Both the position numbers and the translations under genes were made by a program. Below are positions 10,141 to 19,104 of a stretch of DNA of 64,000 bases, one piece after another. Source of the stretch: Nitrospirota bacterium (GTDB taxonomy: Bacteria > Nitrospirota > Nitrospiria > Nitrospirales > Nitrospiraceae); assembly GCA_963701855.1 (NCBI GenBank), contig CAVPBK010000005.1:192001-256000 (forward strand), in the 5' to 3' direction. How positions within the stretch are numbered: position 1 is the first letter of the stretch; the number at the start of each line of letters is the position of its first letter. The notes under the pieces are model-generated. The model was not told where the DNA came from. It saw only the letters and a program-made list of their open reading frames with translations, and searched no databases.

Positions 10141-11514
10141 ATGATGGAACAGAACCCCCAACGACGATTCTGGATGTTAGGCCCGATGGTGGTAGTGGCG
10201 TTGGTTTTTGGCGTGCTGCTCGGCAAGGGGTGGGAGCGGACAGGGCATGCCACGGAAACCTACGAAGAGTTGAAGACGTTCTCTGAAGTGTTGACTCAAG
10301 TTCAGAAGAGTTACGTCGACGAGACGAAGGTGAAGGATCTTGTCCAGGGGGCAATTCGTGGGATGCTCTCAACCCTCGATCCGCATTCGGCCTATATGAC
10401 GCCGGAGATGTATAAGGAAATGCAGGTTGAAACGAAGGGTGAGTTTGGGGGCGTGGGCATTCAGATCGGGGTGAAGGAGAACCGTTTGGCAGTGATTGCG
10501 CCCATTGAGGGTACGCCGGCCTATCGAGCTGGGGTCAAGGCAGGGGACTTCATTACCAAGGTGAACGACGAGACGACCAAAGACCTTACGTTGATGGATG
10601 CGGTTCAGAAGATGCGTGGACCCAAGGGCTCGAAGGTCAACTTAACGATTCAGCGGGAAGGGATTCCCGATCCGCTTCAATTTATACTGGTCCGCGATAC
10701 CATCAAGATCGAGAGTGTGAAGTCGAAAGTATTGGACAATATCGGCTACGTTCGGCTGACGCAATTTCAAGAATCGACGGGGCGGGATTTGAGCAAAGTG
10801 CTCAAACAGTTTAAAGAGCAGAAGCTGCAATCGACGATCCTCGATCTTCGCAACAATCCCGGTGGGCTGCTGACCGCGTCCGTTGAGGTCTCCGAGCAGT
10901 TTCTTCCCGGCGGCAAGCTGGTGGTCTATACGAAAGGACGTGAAAGTAAGAAGGATGAGTGGATTGCCAAGGGGAAAGATCAAATGGACGATTCACCCAT
11001 GATCGTACTGATCAATGAAGGATCGGCAAGTGCATCTGAGATCGTGGCCGGTGCCTTGCAAGACTACGGGCGAGCGGTGATCGTCGGCACGACCTCGTTC
11101 GGCAAGGGATCGGTGCAAACGATTCTCCCACTGGGGGATGGGTCAGGACTTCGTCTCACAACAGCCAAGTACTACACACCGAAAGGGCGCTCGATCCAGT
11201 CAACCGGCATTACACCTGATATCGTCGTGAAGGCCCAACCGCCGGTCACGGTCGCCAAGGCAGGTGAGACGAAGGCCGGTGAAAAAGAAGGGGAACCGAA
11301 GCAGGCCAAGCCTGCGGTCGTGCCGGGAAAAGATCAACCGGCTCAGAATGGCAAAGGACAGGAGGAGGGCACTCCAAAGAACGGCGTCATGCCTCAGCCT
11401 CCTTCTGTTGAAGCTTCTGGCGAGCCCTCGCTTGAGCAGGATGTGCAACTCCAAAAAGCGGTCGAGATGCTGAAGACCTGGAAGATCTTTAAGGAGCTTC
11501 CTCGGCCTTCCTAA
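10141..11514 (+). CDS. ctpA: Carboxyl-terminal processing protease, S41 family
   Basis: LDPHSAY, PDZ domain, DLRNNPGGLL, SASASEIVAGALQD, FGKGSVQ. Confidence 0.93.
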   Translation: MMEQNPQRRFWMLGPMVVVALVFGVLLGKGWERTGHATETYEELKTFSEVLTQVQKSYVDETKVKDLVQGAIRGMLSTLDPHSAYMTPEMYKEMQVETKGEFGGVGIQIGVKENRLAVIAPIEGTPAYRAGVKAGDFITKVNDETTKDLTLMDAVQKMRGPKGSKVNLTIQREGIPDPLQFILVRDTIKIESVKSKVLDNIGYVRLTQFQESTGRDLSKVLKQFKEQKLQSTILDLRNNPGGLLTASVEVSEQFLPGGKLVVYTKGRESKKDEWIAKGKDQMDDSPMIVLINEGSASASEIVAGALQDYGRAVIVGTTSFGKGSVQTILPLGDGSGLRLTTAKYYTPKGRSIQSTGITPDIVVKAQPPVTVAKAGETKAGEKEGEPKQAKPAVVPGKDQPAQNGKGQEEGTPKNGVMPQPPSVEASGEPSLEQDVQLQKAVEMLKTWKIFKELPRPS

Positions 11515-11989
11515 TTGAGGGTTGCTGCTGTGAGGCGGTGATCGCCTCCAGCAGCCGCTCTTCCGATCCCGTGAACCCTGGCACTGTGCGTAGGAGGTGC
11601 GATCGCACCAACTGTTCCAGATCGGTCAATGTGGTGATGCCGAGACGGGTATGGAGATAGGCTACGAGCGATTCGGACAGTCCGGGGAGCTGAGTCCAGG
11701 CCTGTACTGCTTCCGGAAGCGGCGTTCTCAAGGTTTCATAGGTTTGAATTGTTCCAGTTCTGAGAAATTCTTCGATTTTGTCCGCCAGGTCCCTGCCGAC
11801 CCCATCAATATCTTCCAGCGCCTGTCGTGAGGCGACGTCTGCAATATCTTCCTCCAAAGCTTCGATGGTATCGGCTGCCCTCCGATAGGCTCTGACCCGA
11901 TAGGGGTTTGCCCGCTGGGTGGACAATCGTTCGGCGATCGATCGAAAAATGGTCGCGACTTGCTGGTTGTGTTGTGGAATGGATATCAT
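11489..11989 (-). CDS. Stand-alone DNA polymerase X N-terminal (helix-hairpin-helix) domain protein
   Basis: NPYRVRAYRRAA..I, IDGVGRDLADKIEEFLRTG, LPGL..LGITTL resemble the PolX 8-kDa/HhH region; no polymerase core follows. Confidence 0.75.
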   Translation of the reverse strand: MISIPQHNQQVATIFRSIAERLSTQRANPYRVRAYRRAADTIEALEEDIADVASRQALEDIDGVGRDLADKIEEFLRTGTIQTYETLRTPLPEAVQAWTQLPGLSESLVAYLHTRLGITTLTDLEQLVRSHLLRTVPGFTGSEERLLEAITASQQQPSIRKAEEAP

Positions 11990-12058
11990 AAGCTGTGATG
12001 GCGCTATTCTGACGTGGTCATGGATGTGGAGGCAAGGGGATGGGTACGAGGGGGTTTA

Positions 12059-12088
12059 TTGACAATAGGAATTCTGCTCCCCTAGGAT
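12059..12088 (+). promoter_or_regulatory. Putative sigma70 promoter for thiS-thiG, nearly leaderless
   Basis: TTGACA-18 bp-TAGGAT ending 5 bp before the thiS ATG. Confidence 0.45.
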
Positions 12089-12093
12089 GACGA

Positions 12094-12357
12094 ATGATGG
12101 CGGAGATAATTCAGATTCAGGTGAACGGCGAACAGCGAGGTTGTCAGGCCGATGCCACCGTGGGAGACTTGTTGCGAGAACTTGCCATCAAGACCGAGCG
12201 CGTGGCGGTGGAGCTGAATTTGGAAATCGTGGATCGCAAGGACTTCGATCACCGAAGTCTAAAACAAGGGGATCGAGTGGAGATCTTGAGTTTTATCGGA
12301 GGCGGTGCGCAAATGGATGTTCAGGGCAAAGGGAGGGGTTGCGTCCATGCAGAATGA
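12094..12357 (+). CDS. thiS: Sulfur carrier protein ThiS with a C-terminal extension after GGG
   Basis: [29 protein letters not shown] followed by 16 extra residues; upstream of thiG. Confidence 0.9.
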   Translation: MMAEIIQIQVNGEQRGCQADATVGDLLRELAIKTERVAVELNLEIVDRKDFDHRSLKQGDRVEILSFIGGGAQMDVQGKGRGCVHAE

Positions 12358-13120
12358 TCGGTTGATCATTGCCGGTCGTGAGTTTACGTCTCGGTTGTTC
12401 GTGGGGACCGGGAAGTATAAGGATTTTGCCGAAACCAAAAAAGCCATTGAGGCGTCTGGGGCCGACGTGGTGACGGTGGCGGTTCGGCGGGTCAATATCA
12501 CCGATCGTTCCAAAGAGAACCTGCTCGATTATCTCGACCCGAAGAAGTACACCATTCTTCCCAACACCGCCGGCTGTTACAACGTGGAAGATGCCGTGCG
12601 CTATGCCCGCTTGGCTAGGGCTGCCGGCGTGTCGGATTTGATTAAGCTGGAAGTGCTTGGTGACGAGAGGACTCTCTTCCCCGATACGGTCGGATTATTG
12701 GAAGCGGCGAAGATTCTCGTCAAAGAAGGCTTCGTTGTGCTGCCCTATACGAACGACGACCCCATCGTGGCCCAGAAGCTTGTCGACATCGGGTGTCCCG
12801 CCGTTATGCCGTTGGCAGCGCCGATTGGGTCGGGACTCGGTATCCGCAATCCATACAACTTAAAAATCATCATGGAAATGATCAAGGTACCGATCATTGT
12901 CGATGCCGGTGTCGGGACCGCGTCTGATGCCGCCCTGGCAATGGAATTAGGGGCGGATGCTGTACTCATGAACACGGCCATCGCCGGGGCGCAAGATCCC
13001 ATTGCCATGGCCGAGGCGATGAAATACGCAATATATGCAGGCCGGCTTGCGTACAAGGCTGGACGAATTCCGCGAAAACTGTATGCGACGGCCAGCAGCC
13101 CCATCGAAGGTATGCTCTAG
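12347..13120 (+). CDS. thiG: Thiazole synthase
   Basis: [46 protein letters not shown]. Confidence 0.97.
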   Translation: MQNDRLIIAGREFTSRLFVGTGKYKDFAETKKAIEASGADVVTVAVRRVNITDRSKENLLDYLDPKKYTILPNTAGCYNVEDAVRYARLARAAGVSDLIKLEVLGDERTLFPDTVGLLEAAKILVKEGFVVLPYTNDDPIVAQKLVDIGCPAVMPLAAPIGSGLGIRNPYNLKIIMEMIKVPIIVDAGVGTASDAALAMELGADAVLMNTAIAGAQDPIAMAEAMKYAIYAGRLAYKAGRIPRKLYATASSPIEGML

Positions 13121-13245
13121 CAGGATGCTGAAAATGTCCGCCGGCGTCGTTCTCGGCTCATCGAAATCCTCAACGTACCCCTGAGGGTCCGCCTCCGGTT
13201 TCGATTCACCTGCGGCCTTGCTGGACGGTCATTTTGAGCATCCTG
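13121..13245. mobile_element. MITE-like repeat, family A (opposite orientation to the 2036 copy)
   Basis: CAGGATGCTGAAAATG ... ATTTTGAGCATCCTG directly after the thiG TAG. Confidence 0.75.
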
Positions 13246-13327
13246 CTTACCATGACAAGTGCTGAGCGTAGAGTGCTGAGATAGAAAACAGTATGAGTGG
13301 TGAACGCGTGTACTCAGCACTTCAGCG

Positions 13328-13960
13328 ATGCTGACACTCTCTAGCCGTCTTCTTATCGTCACAGATCGCCATCAGACCAACGGGCGTCCGTTGGTTTCCC
13401 TTCTGCAGCGGGTTCTCTCAGCCGCGGCGCCTGCGATTCAACTCCGTGAAAGGGATCTTTCAGCCAGGGAATTCGTGACGCTTGCGCGTGAGGTGCAGAC
13501 CCTGACGGTTTCGCGCGGGTCTCAACTCCTCATCAATGACCGGATCGATGTCGCATTGGCGATGGAAGGAGTCGGCGTCCATCTGCGCAGCAACAGTCTG
13601 CCTATTGTGGTCGCACGGGAGTTGCTGGGGGCACAGCGTCTTCTTGGTATTTCCGTGCATTCAGTAGAAGAGGGGCTGTTAGCACAGTCGCAGGGGGCAG
13701 ACTACATCGTGCTTGGCCCGATCTACGAGACTCCATCCAAACAAGTGTTTGGTCCGCCGCTCGGCATTCACACGCTTGAGAAAGCTTGTCGGCTGATCCG
13801 TATCCCGATTATCGGGATCGGTGGAGTCACTGCAGCGCGTGCGCGTGAGATGCAGTGTGCTGGAGCATTCGGTGCGGCGGTGATCACGGCGATTCTCGGT
13901 GCGGATGATATAGAATCGGCAACGCGCGAGTTACTCGATGCCGTGACGCTCTCCCCGTGA
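13328..13960 (+). CDS. thiE: Thiamine-phosphate synthase / TenI family protein
   Basis: IQLRERDL, LLINDRIDVA, GVHL, GISVHS, GPIYETPSK, GIGGV. Confidence 0.82.
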   Translation: MLTLSSRLLIVTDRHQTNGRPLVSLLQRVLSAAAPAIQLRERDLSAREFVTLAREVQTLTVSRGSQLLINDRIDVALAMEGVGVHLRSNSLPIVVARELLGAQRLLGISVHSVEEGLLAQSQGADYIVLGPIYETPSKQVFGPPLGIHTLEKACRLIRIPIIGIGGVTAARAREMQCAGAFGAAVITAILGADDIESATRELLDAVTLSP

Positions 13961-14091
13961 TATGCGCAATGCACGATCATCAGCTGTAACATCTCGTCGT
14001 CCGGTTGACCACCCTAGGAACGGGTGATAGAATCCGCGAAGACAAGGACTTCTCGATTCAGCAAGGTGTTTCGCATTCTTCGAGTAGCGCC

Positions 14092-15861
14092 ATGGACGGC
14101 AAGAAAGAAAGTCCGAGTCGATTCCGGTCTCTCCGAGATTCCGTCACGCAGATCACGAAGCGGTTGACCGAAGGAGAAACGGGCGTGGCACAACGCAACG
14201 ACGAACATGTTCGCGAAGTTGAAAAGCTTCGGGTGCAGATCCAGTCGATGGAAGAAGAAATCCGCCGGCTGTACCAGTCCCGCTACCAGCTCGACCAAGC
14301 CACTAAACAGAACGAAAAACTCGTCTCCACGCTCCAGGAAGCGAAGTCGCAGATCGAAGCGTTGCGTGGCGAAGTTGAGAAATTGACTGCGCCTCCTTCG
14401 GCTTATGCCATCTTTTCCAGCCTCAATGATGACGGAACCGGGATTGTCTATGTCTCCGGACGAAAAATGAAGGTCAGCGTGCATCCGTCGATCAATGGAA
14501 AGGCGATGCGTAAGGGGCAGGAAGTGATCCTGAACGAAGCATTGAATGTCATTGAGGTTAAAGGTTTCGACATTCAGGGCGAAGTTGTACGGCTCAAAGA
14601 CGTGCTGGAAGGTAACCGTGCCCTGGTGACGTTGCATTTCGACGAAGAAAAGGTGGCAGAACTCGGTGATCCGTTGCTGGCCGAACGATTGAGCGTCGGG
14701 GACCATCTGCTCTACGATCCTCGCTCCGGCTATGTTGTCGAAAAGTTGCCGAGGTCCGAGGCGGAAGAATTGGTATTGGAAGAAGTGCCCGATGTTGATT
14801 ATGAGCACATCGGCGGGTTGCAGCACGAGTTGGAGCAGGTCCGCGATGCGGTGGAGTTGCCGTTTCTTCATCCGACCCTATTTTCAGAGTATAAGTTAAG
14901 CGCGCCCAAGGGGGTCTTGCTCTATGGGCCGCCGGGCTGTGGGAAAACCTTGATCGCCAAGGCTGTCGCAAATTCGATTGCCAAGAAACTCGGGCACCTC
15001 ACCGGCAAAGAAGTGCGGAGTTACTTCTTGCATGTGAAGGGCCCTGAGTTGCTCAATAAGTATGTCGGTGAGTCTGAACGCCAAGTCCGCGAAGTCTTCA
15101 AGAAAGCGAAAGAGCGGGCGGAAGACGGTAATCCTGTCATCGTATTCTTTGACGAGATGGATGCGCTCTTTAGAACGAGAGGCACCGGGATCTCTTCCGA
15201 CATTGAATCGACAATCGTCCCACAGTTTCTCTCGGAAATCGACGGCATGGAACGGCTCCGCAATGTGATTGTGATCGGAGCCAGTAATCGCCAGGATCTC
15301 ATCGATCCGGCGGTCCTTCGCGCTGGACGGTTGGATGTGAAGGTCAAGGTGGGTCGTCCCGATGCAGTGGCGGCCAAGGATATTTTCTCCAAGTATCTGA
15401 GCATCGACCTGCCGTTTGCCGAGGAAGATTTGAAACACCATGGCGGAGACGCCAAGGCCCTAGTCGAGCAGATGACCGATCTCACGGTCGGAGCGATGTA
15501 TGCGTCCTCGGAGGAGAATAAGTTCATCGAGGTCACCTATGCGAACGGTGAAAAAGAAGTACTCTACTTCAAGGATTTCGCGAGCGGTGCCCTGATCGAA
15601 GGCATCGTGTCGCGCGCAAAGAAATTTGCCGTCAAGCGGGCGATTGCGAAGGAAGGCCGTGGCCTCCGGTCCGAGGACTTGATTCGCGCTATTCGGGAAG
15701 AGTTTAAGGAACACGAAGACCTGCCCAATACGACCAATCCTGACGACTGGGCAAAGATTTCCGGGAAGAAAGGCGAGAAGATCGTGCATCTTCGGACGAT
15801 CAGCGGAGGCCCGGGCGAGTCGCGTCAGATCGAAACCGTTACGACAGGGCACTATCTCTAA
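14092..15861 (+). CDS. arc: Proteasome-associated AAA+ ATPase (ARC/Mpa)
   Basis: Coiled coil plus OB domains, GPPGCGKT, VFFDEMD, PNTTNPDDWAKISG, C-terminal GHYL (compare Mpa GQYL); start approximate. Confidence 0.93.
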   Translation: MDGKKESPSRFRSLRDSVTQITKRLTEGETGVAQRNDEHVREVEKLRVQIQSMEEEIRRLYQSRYQLDQATKQNEKLVSTLQEAKSQIEALRGEVEKLTAPPSAYAIFSSLNDDGTGIVYVSGRKMKVSVHPSINGKAMRKGQEVILNEALNVIEVKGFDIQGEVVRLKDVLEGNRALVTLHFDEEKVAELGDPLLAERLSVGDHLLYDPRSGYVVEKLPRSEAEELVLEEVPDVDYEHIGGLQHELEQVRDAVELPFLHPTLFSEYKLSAPKGVLLYGPPGCGKTLIAKAVANSIAKKLGHLTGKEVRSYFLHVKGPELLNKYVGESERQVREVFKKAKERAEDGNPVIVFFDEMDALFRTRGTGISSDIESTIVPQFLSEIDGMERLRNVIVIGASNRQDLIDPAVLRAGRLDVKVKVGRPDAVAAKDIFSKYLSIDLPFAEEDLKHHGGDAKALVEQMTDLTVGAMYASSEENKFIEVTYANGEKEVLYFKDFASGALIEGIVSRAKKFAVKRAIAKEGRGLRSEDLIRAIREEFKEHEDLPNTTNPDDWAKISGKKGEKIVHLRTISGGPGESRQIETVTTGHYL

Positions 15862-15873
15862 GACGTCATACCC

Positions 15874-17373
15874 ATGCAGGAACCTACCTCGCCGCCGAGT
15901 CCCCGCGTCCTAGGAACAGAAACGGAATTCGGTATCGCGTCACGCGATCCTGCCGCCGCAGACCCTGTTTCTAACTCCATCTCCGTCATCGGGCACTATC
16001 CAGGCCTGTCGGCCCCGTTGGCTATCTGGGACTATGAAAATGAGAACCCGCTGCTCGATGCGCGTGGCTTCGAGGTTGAAGGGGAACGGGAGCGGCCCAA
16101 TGTTGAGTACAATCGTCAGCTGAATAAGGTGCTGGCAAATGGGGGACGTCTCTACGTCGATGGCGCCCATCCTGAATACTCCACGCCCGAGTGTACCAAT
16201 CCGCGTGAAATAGTGGCCTTCGAACGAGCCGGCGAGCGAATCCTTGCCCAGTGCCTCGAACAAATGGCACGCGCTACCGGGAGGGATCATTGTGTGCTGT
16301 ACAAGAACAACTCGGACGGCAAGGGGAACAGCTACGGCTATCACGAAAGCTATCTCATGTCGCGCGCAGTTCCCTTCGAGCGCATCGTGAAAGTTTTAGC
16401 GCCGTTCTTTGTGACGCGGCCAATTTTTGCAGGGGCCGGAAAAGTTGGCGCAGAGAATCAGACTAGCCCAACGGAGTATCAGATTTCGCAGCGTGCGGAT
16501 TTCTTCGAGTGCCTCGTCGATCTCAATACAATGGTGCGGCGCCCTATCGTCAACTCACGCGATGAGCCGCATGCGGAGTATGGCAAGTATCGGCGGTTGC
16601 ACGTGATTGTCGGAGACGCCAATATGGCGGAACTGTCGACTTACCTCAAGGTAGGCACGTTGGCCCTTGTTCTGGATCTCATCGACGCTGGGGCAGATCT
16701 TCCGCAGTTCGAATTGGACGATCCGGTCCGAAGCATCAAGCAAGTGTCGCGCGACTTGGGCATGAAGGAGACACTCAAATTGGCGGGGGGGCGCTCGACG
16801 ACGGCTGTGGCGATTCAACGCGCCTATTTGAAGGCCGTCATGGGATACTATGCCTGCCACGATCTCTCCCAAGTCACAAAAGATATTCTCGTCCGTTGGG
16901 AAGACGTGCTGGATAAGTTGGAGCAAGATCCTCGGCTTTTGGTGCGTGAGCTAGATTGGGTGGCGAAGCGCCAGATGATGGAATCCTATATGGAGCGAAA
17001 AGGCTGTGGGTGGGACGACCCTCGCGTACGGCTGATGGACCTGCAGTATCACGATGTCCGTTCCGACAAAGGTCTCTACTTTACACTCGAACGAAGCCAT
17101 CTGATTGAGCGAGTTGTGCAGGACGTTGAGATCGTGCGAGCGGAATTCACCCCGCCTCCTGGGACGCGCGCCTATTTCCGTGGACGATGTGTCAGCAAGT
17201 TTGCGAAGTCGCTTTATGGGGTCAGCTGGACCTCGGTCCTCTTCGACGTTGGCAATAATCAGGTCAAACGAGTTCCCTTAATGGACCCGCTCCGAGGCAC
17301 GGCATCGCTGACAAGCGACCTCCTTGATCAGGTCGAGACCGTCGACGCATTGCTGGAAAAGCTCAAGGCCTGA
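15874..17373 (+). CDS. dop: Pup deamidase/depupylase Dop
   Basis: GTETEFGI, NGGRLYVDGAHPEYSTPEC, KNNSDGKGNSYGYHE, RRLHVIVGDAN. Confidence 0.88.
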   Translation: MQEPTSPPSPRVLGTETEFGIASRDPAAADPVSNSISVIGHYPGLSAPLAIWDYENENPLLDARGFEVEGERERPNVEYNRQLNKVLANGGRLYVDGAHPEYSTPECTNPREIVAFERAGERILAQCLEQMARATGRDHCVLYKNNSDGKGNSYGYHESYLMSRAVPFERIVKVLAPFFVTRPIFAGAGKVGAENQTSPTEYQISQRADFFECLVDLNTMVRRPIVNSRDEPHAEYGKYRRLHVIVGDANMAELSTYLKVGTLALVLDLIDAGADLPQFELDDPVRSIKQVSRDLGMKETLKLAGGRSTTAVAIQRAYLKAVMGYYACHDLSQVTKDILVRWEDVLDKLEQDPRLLVRELDWVAKRQMMESYMERKGCGWDDPRVRLMDLQYHDVRSDKGLYFTLERSHLIERVVQDVEIVRAEFTPPPGTRAYFRGRCVSKFAKSLYGVSWTSVLFDVGNNQVKRVPLMDPLRGTASLTSDLLDQVETVDALLEKLKA

Positions 17374-17399
17374 TATCAACTCCCCACGCGATTGACATT

Positions 17400-18227
17400 A
17401 TGAAATTGCCATTTCTCCCCAACCACGACGACCCGAGTTTCTTCGACTTTTTGACCCAGCATCATCCGGCTCTGACTCCGACCGGCCGCAGTGGATTTCT
17501 GCAGGCTCAAGCCACGACCGAGCCGATGCGCGGGGCCGGCTCGATGAGTGTGCCCCATGCCACCACCGTGCTGGCGATCAAGTATCAACAGGGCGTGGTA
17601 ATTGCCGGAGATCGTCGAGCGACGGAAGGGTTTCAAATCGCCGAACGCCGGATCGAGAAAGTCTTCAAGATCGACGAGTTTTCAGCGATGGCAATCGCCG
17701 GCGCAGCCGGACCCTGCATCGAAATGGCCAAGTTGTTCCAAGTCGAGCTGGAGCATTATGAAAAGTTAGAGGGTGTGCAACTGTCTTGTGAAGGGAAGGC
17801 CAACAAGCTGGGTCAGATGGTTAAGGCCAATCTGCCGATGGTGTTTCAAGGGCTGGTCGTCATGCCGCTCTATGTCGGCTACGACCTGAAGCGCGCAGAA
17901 GGCCGCATCTTCAAGTACGATCTCGCCGGGGGCCGGTACGAAGAATCAGACTACCATGCCATAGGGTCAGGAGGAAAAGATGCGCGCAATACGATGCGTG
18001 AGCATTTCCTCAAAGGATTGGCTGAGCCGGACGCGCTGAAGTTGGCCCTGCTGGCTCTATACAATGCAGCAGACGATGATGTCGGCACCGGGGGGCCGGA
18101 TCTCGTGCGGGGCATCTACCCCACCGCGAAGATCGTCAACGCAACCGGCATTACCGATGTCTCGGAACAGCAGATCCGTGGCATCTATGATGGGTTGATT
18201 GCAACCCGCCGGTCCAAGGAGAACTAA
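17400..18227 (+). CDS. prcB: 20S proteasome beta subunit
   Basis: Propeptide then HA|TTVLA (Thr1 nucleophile), AGDRRAT, IGSGG, DDVGTGGPD. Confidence 0.93.
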   Translation: MKLPFLPNHDDPSFFDFLTQHHPALTPTGRSGFLQAQATTEPMRGAGSMSVPHATTVLAIKYQQGVVIAGDRRATEGFQIAERRIEKVFKIDEFSAMAIAGAAGPCIEMAKLFQVELEHYEKLEGVQLSCEGKANKLGQMVKANLPMVFQGLVVMPLYVGYDLKRAEGRIFKYDLAGGRYEESDYHAIGSGGKDARNTMREHFLKGLAEPDALKLALLALYNAADDDVGTGGPDLVRGIYPTAKIVNATGITDVSEQQIRGIYDGLIATRRSKEN

Positions 18228-18229
18228 GT

Positions 18230-18916
18230 ATGCCGATGCCCTATTACGTCTCGCCCGAGCAGATGATGCAGGACAAGGCGGAGTATGCCAAGAAAGGCAT
18301 TGCCAAAGGCCGCTCCATCATCGCGATCGAATATGTGAACGGGATACTGCTCGTCGCGGAAAACCCCAGCGCCTCACTCTATAAAATTTCAGAGATCTAC
18401 GACAGCATCGCCTTTGCGGGGGCCGGCAAGTACAGTGAGTTTGAAAATCTCAGGAAAGCCGGCATCAGACACGCGGATCTCAAAGGATTCATGTACAGCC
18501 GGGAAGATGTGACAGCCCGCTCTCTTGCGAACGGCTATTCTCAAAGCCTCGGCACTATTTTCAGTCAGGAGCTGAAGCCGCTGGAGGTGGAAATCCTGGT
18601 GGTGCAGGTCGGGCACAACGGCCAGGCCAATGAGATGTATCGTATTTCTTTCGACGGCAGCATCATCGACGAACGTGCCTTTGCAGTCATCGGAGGCAAG
18701 TCAGAGGCCGTGCAGGCCCTGCTCAAGGAGAAAGGGTTGACGCAACTCCAGGAACTTCAGGCTGCTCTCACCCTTTGTATCACCGCACTTGAACAAATCG
18801 GAAACCAGAAGCTCTCGCTGGAGAGCCTGGAAGTGGCGATTCTTGATCGCACCCGCGACGGCAGAAGGTTCCGTCGTCTTGCTCCCGCCGATACCAAGCA
18901 GCTCCTCGCTTCCTAA
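18230..18916 (+). CDS. prcA: 20S proteasome alpha subunit
   Basis: PYYVSPEQMMQDKAEYAKKGIAKGRS, KISEIYD, KPLEVEI. Confidence 0.93.
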   Translation: MPMPYYVSPEQMMQDKAEYAKKGIAKGRSIIAIEYVNGILLVAENPSASLYKISEIYDSIAFAGAGKYSEFENLRKAGIRHADLKGFMYSREDVTARSLANGYSQSLGTIFSQELKPLEVEILVVQVGHNGQANEMYRISFDGSIIDERAFAVIGGKSEAVQALLKEKGLTQLQELQAALTLCITALEQIGNQKLSLESLEVAILDRTRDGRRFRRLAPADTKQLLAS

Positions 18917-19040
18917 CAGGATGCTGAAAAAGCCCGCCAGTGTAAGAAGACCGTTATTTGGTTTGTTTGGTCTGTCTCGTTTGTTTGGTTGAACGAAACT
19001 AACCAGATAAACAAAACAAACAAGATGAACAAGACAGACC
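18917..19040. repeat. Half family-A MITE end fused to a 9-bp periodic inverted repeat
   Basis: CAGGATGCTGAAAAAGCCCGCCAG, then (TTTGGTTTG/TCTG)n and (AACCAGATA/AACAAGACAGACC)n. Confidence 0.7.
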
Positions 19041-19104
19041 GCATCGGCGGATCGTGTCATTCTGTTGAAGAAGACGGAGCTGGCTGGTATTCTGTCCTAC
19101 ACGC

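Noticed and set aside
11990..12093. TPP riboswitch upstream of thiS-thiG
   Set aside because: No recognisable GCTGAGA/ACCTG core, and the putative promoter leaves no room for a leader
18917..19104. pup or UBact gene between prcA and pafA
   Set aside because: The gap consists of repeats; overlapping ORFs (18701-19060, 18789-18992) are repeat translations without a GGE/GGQ end
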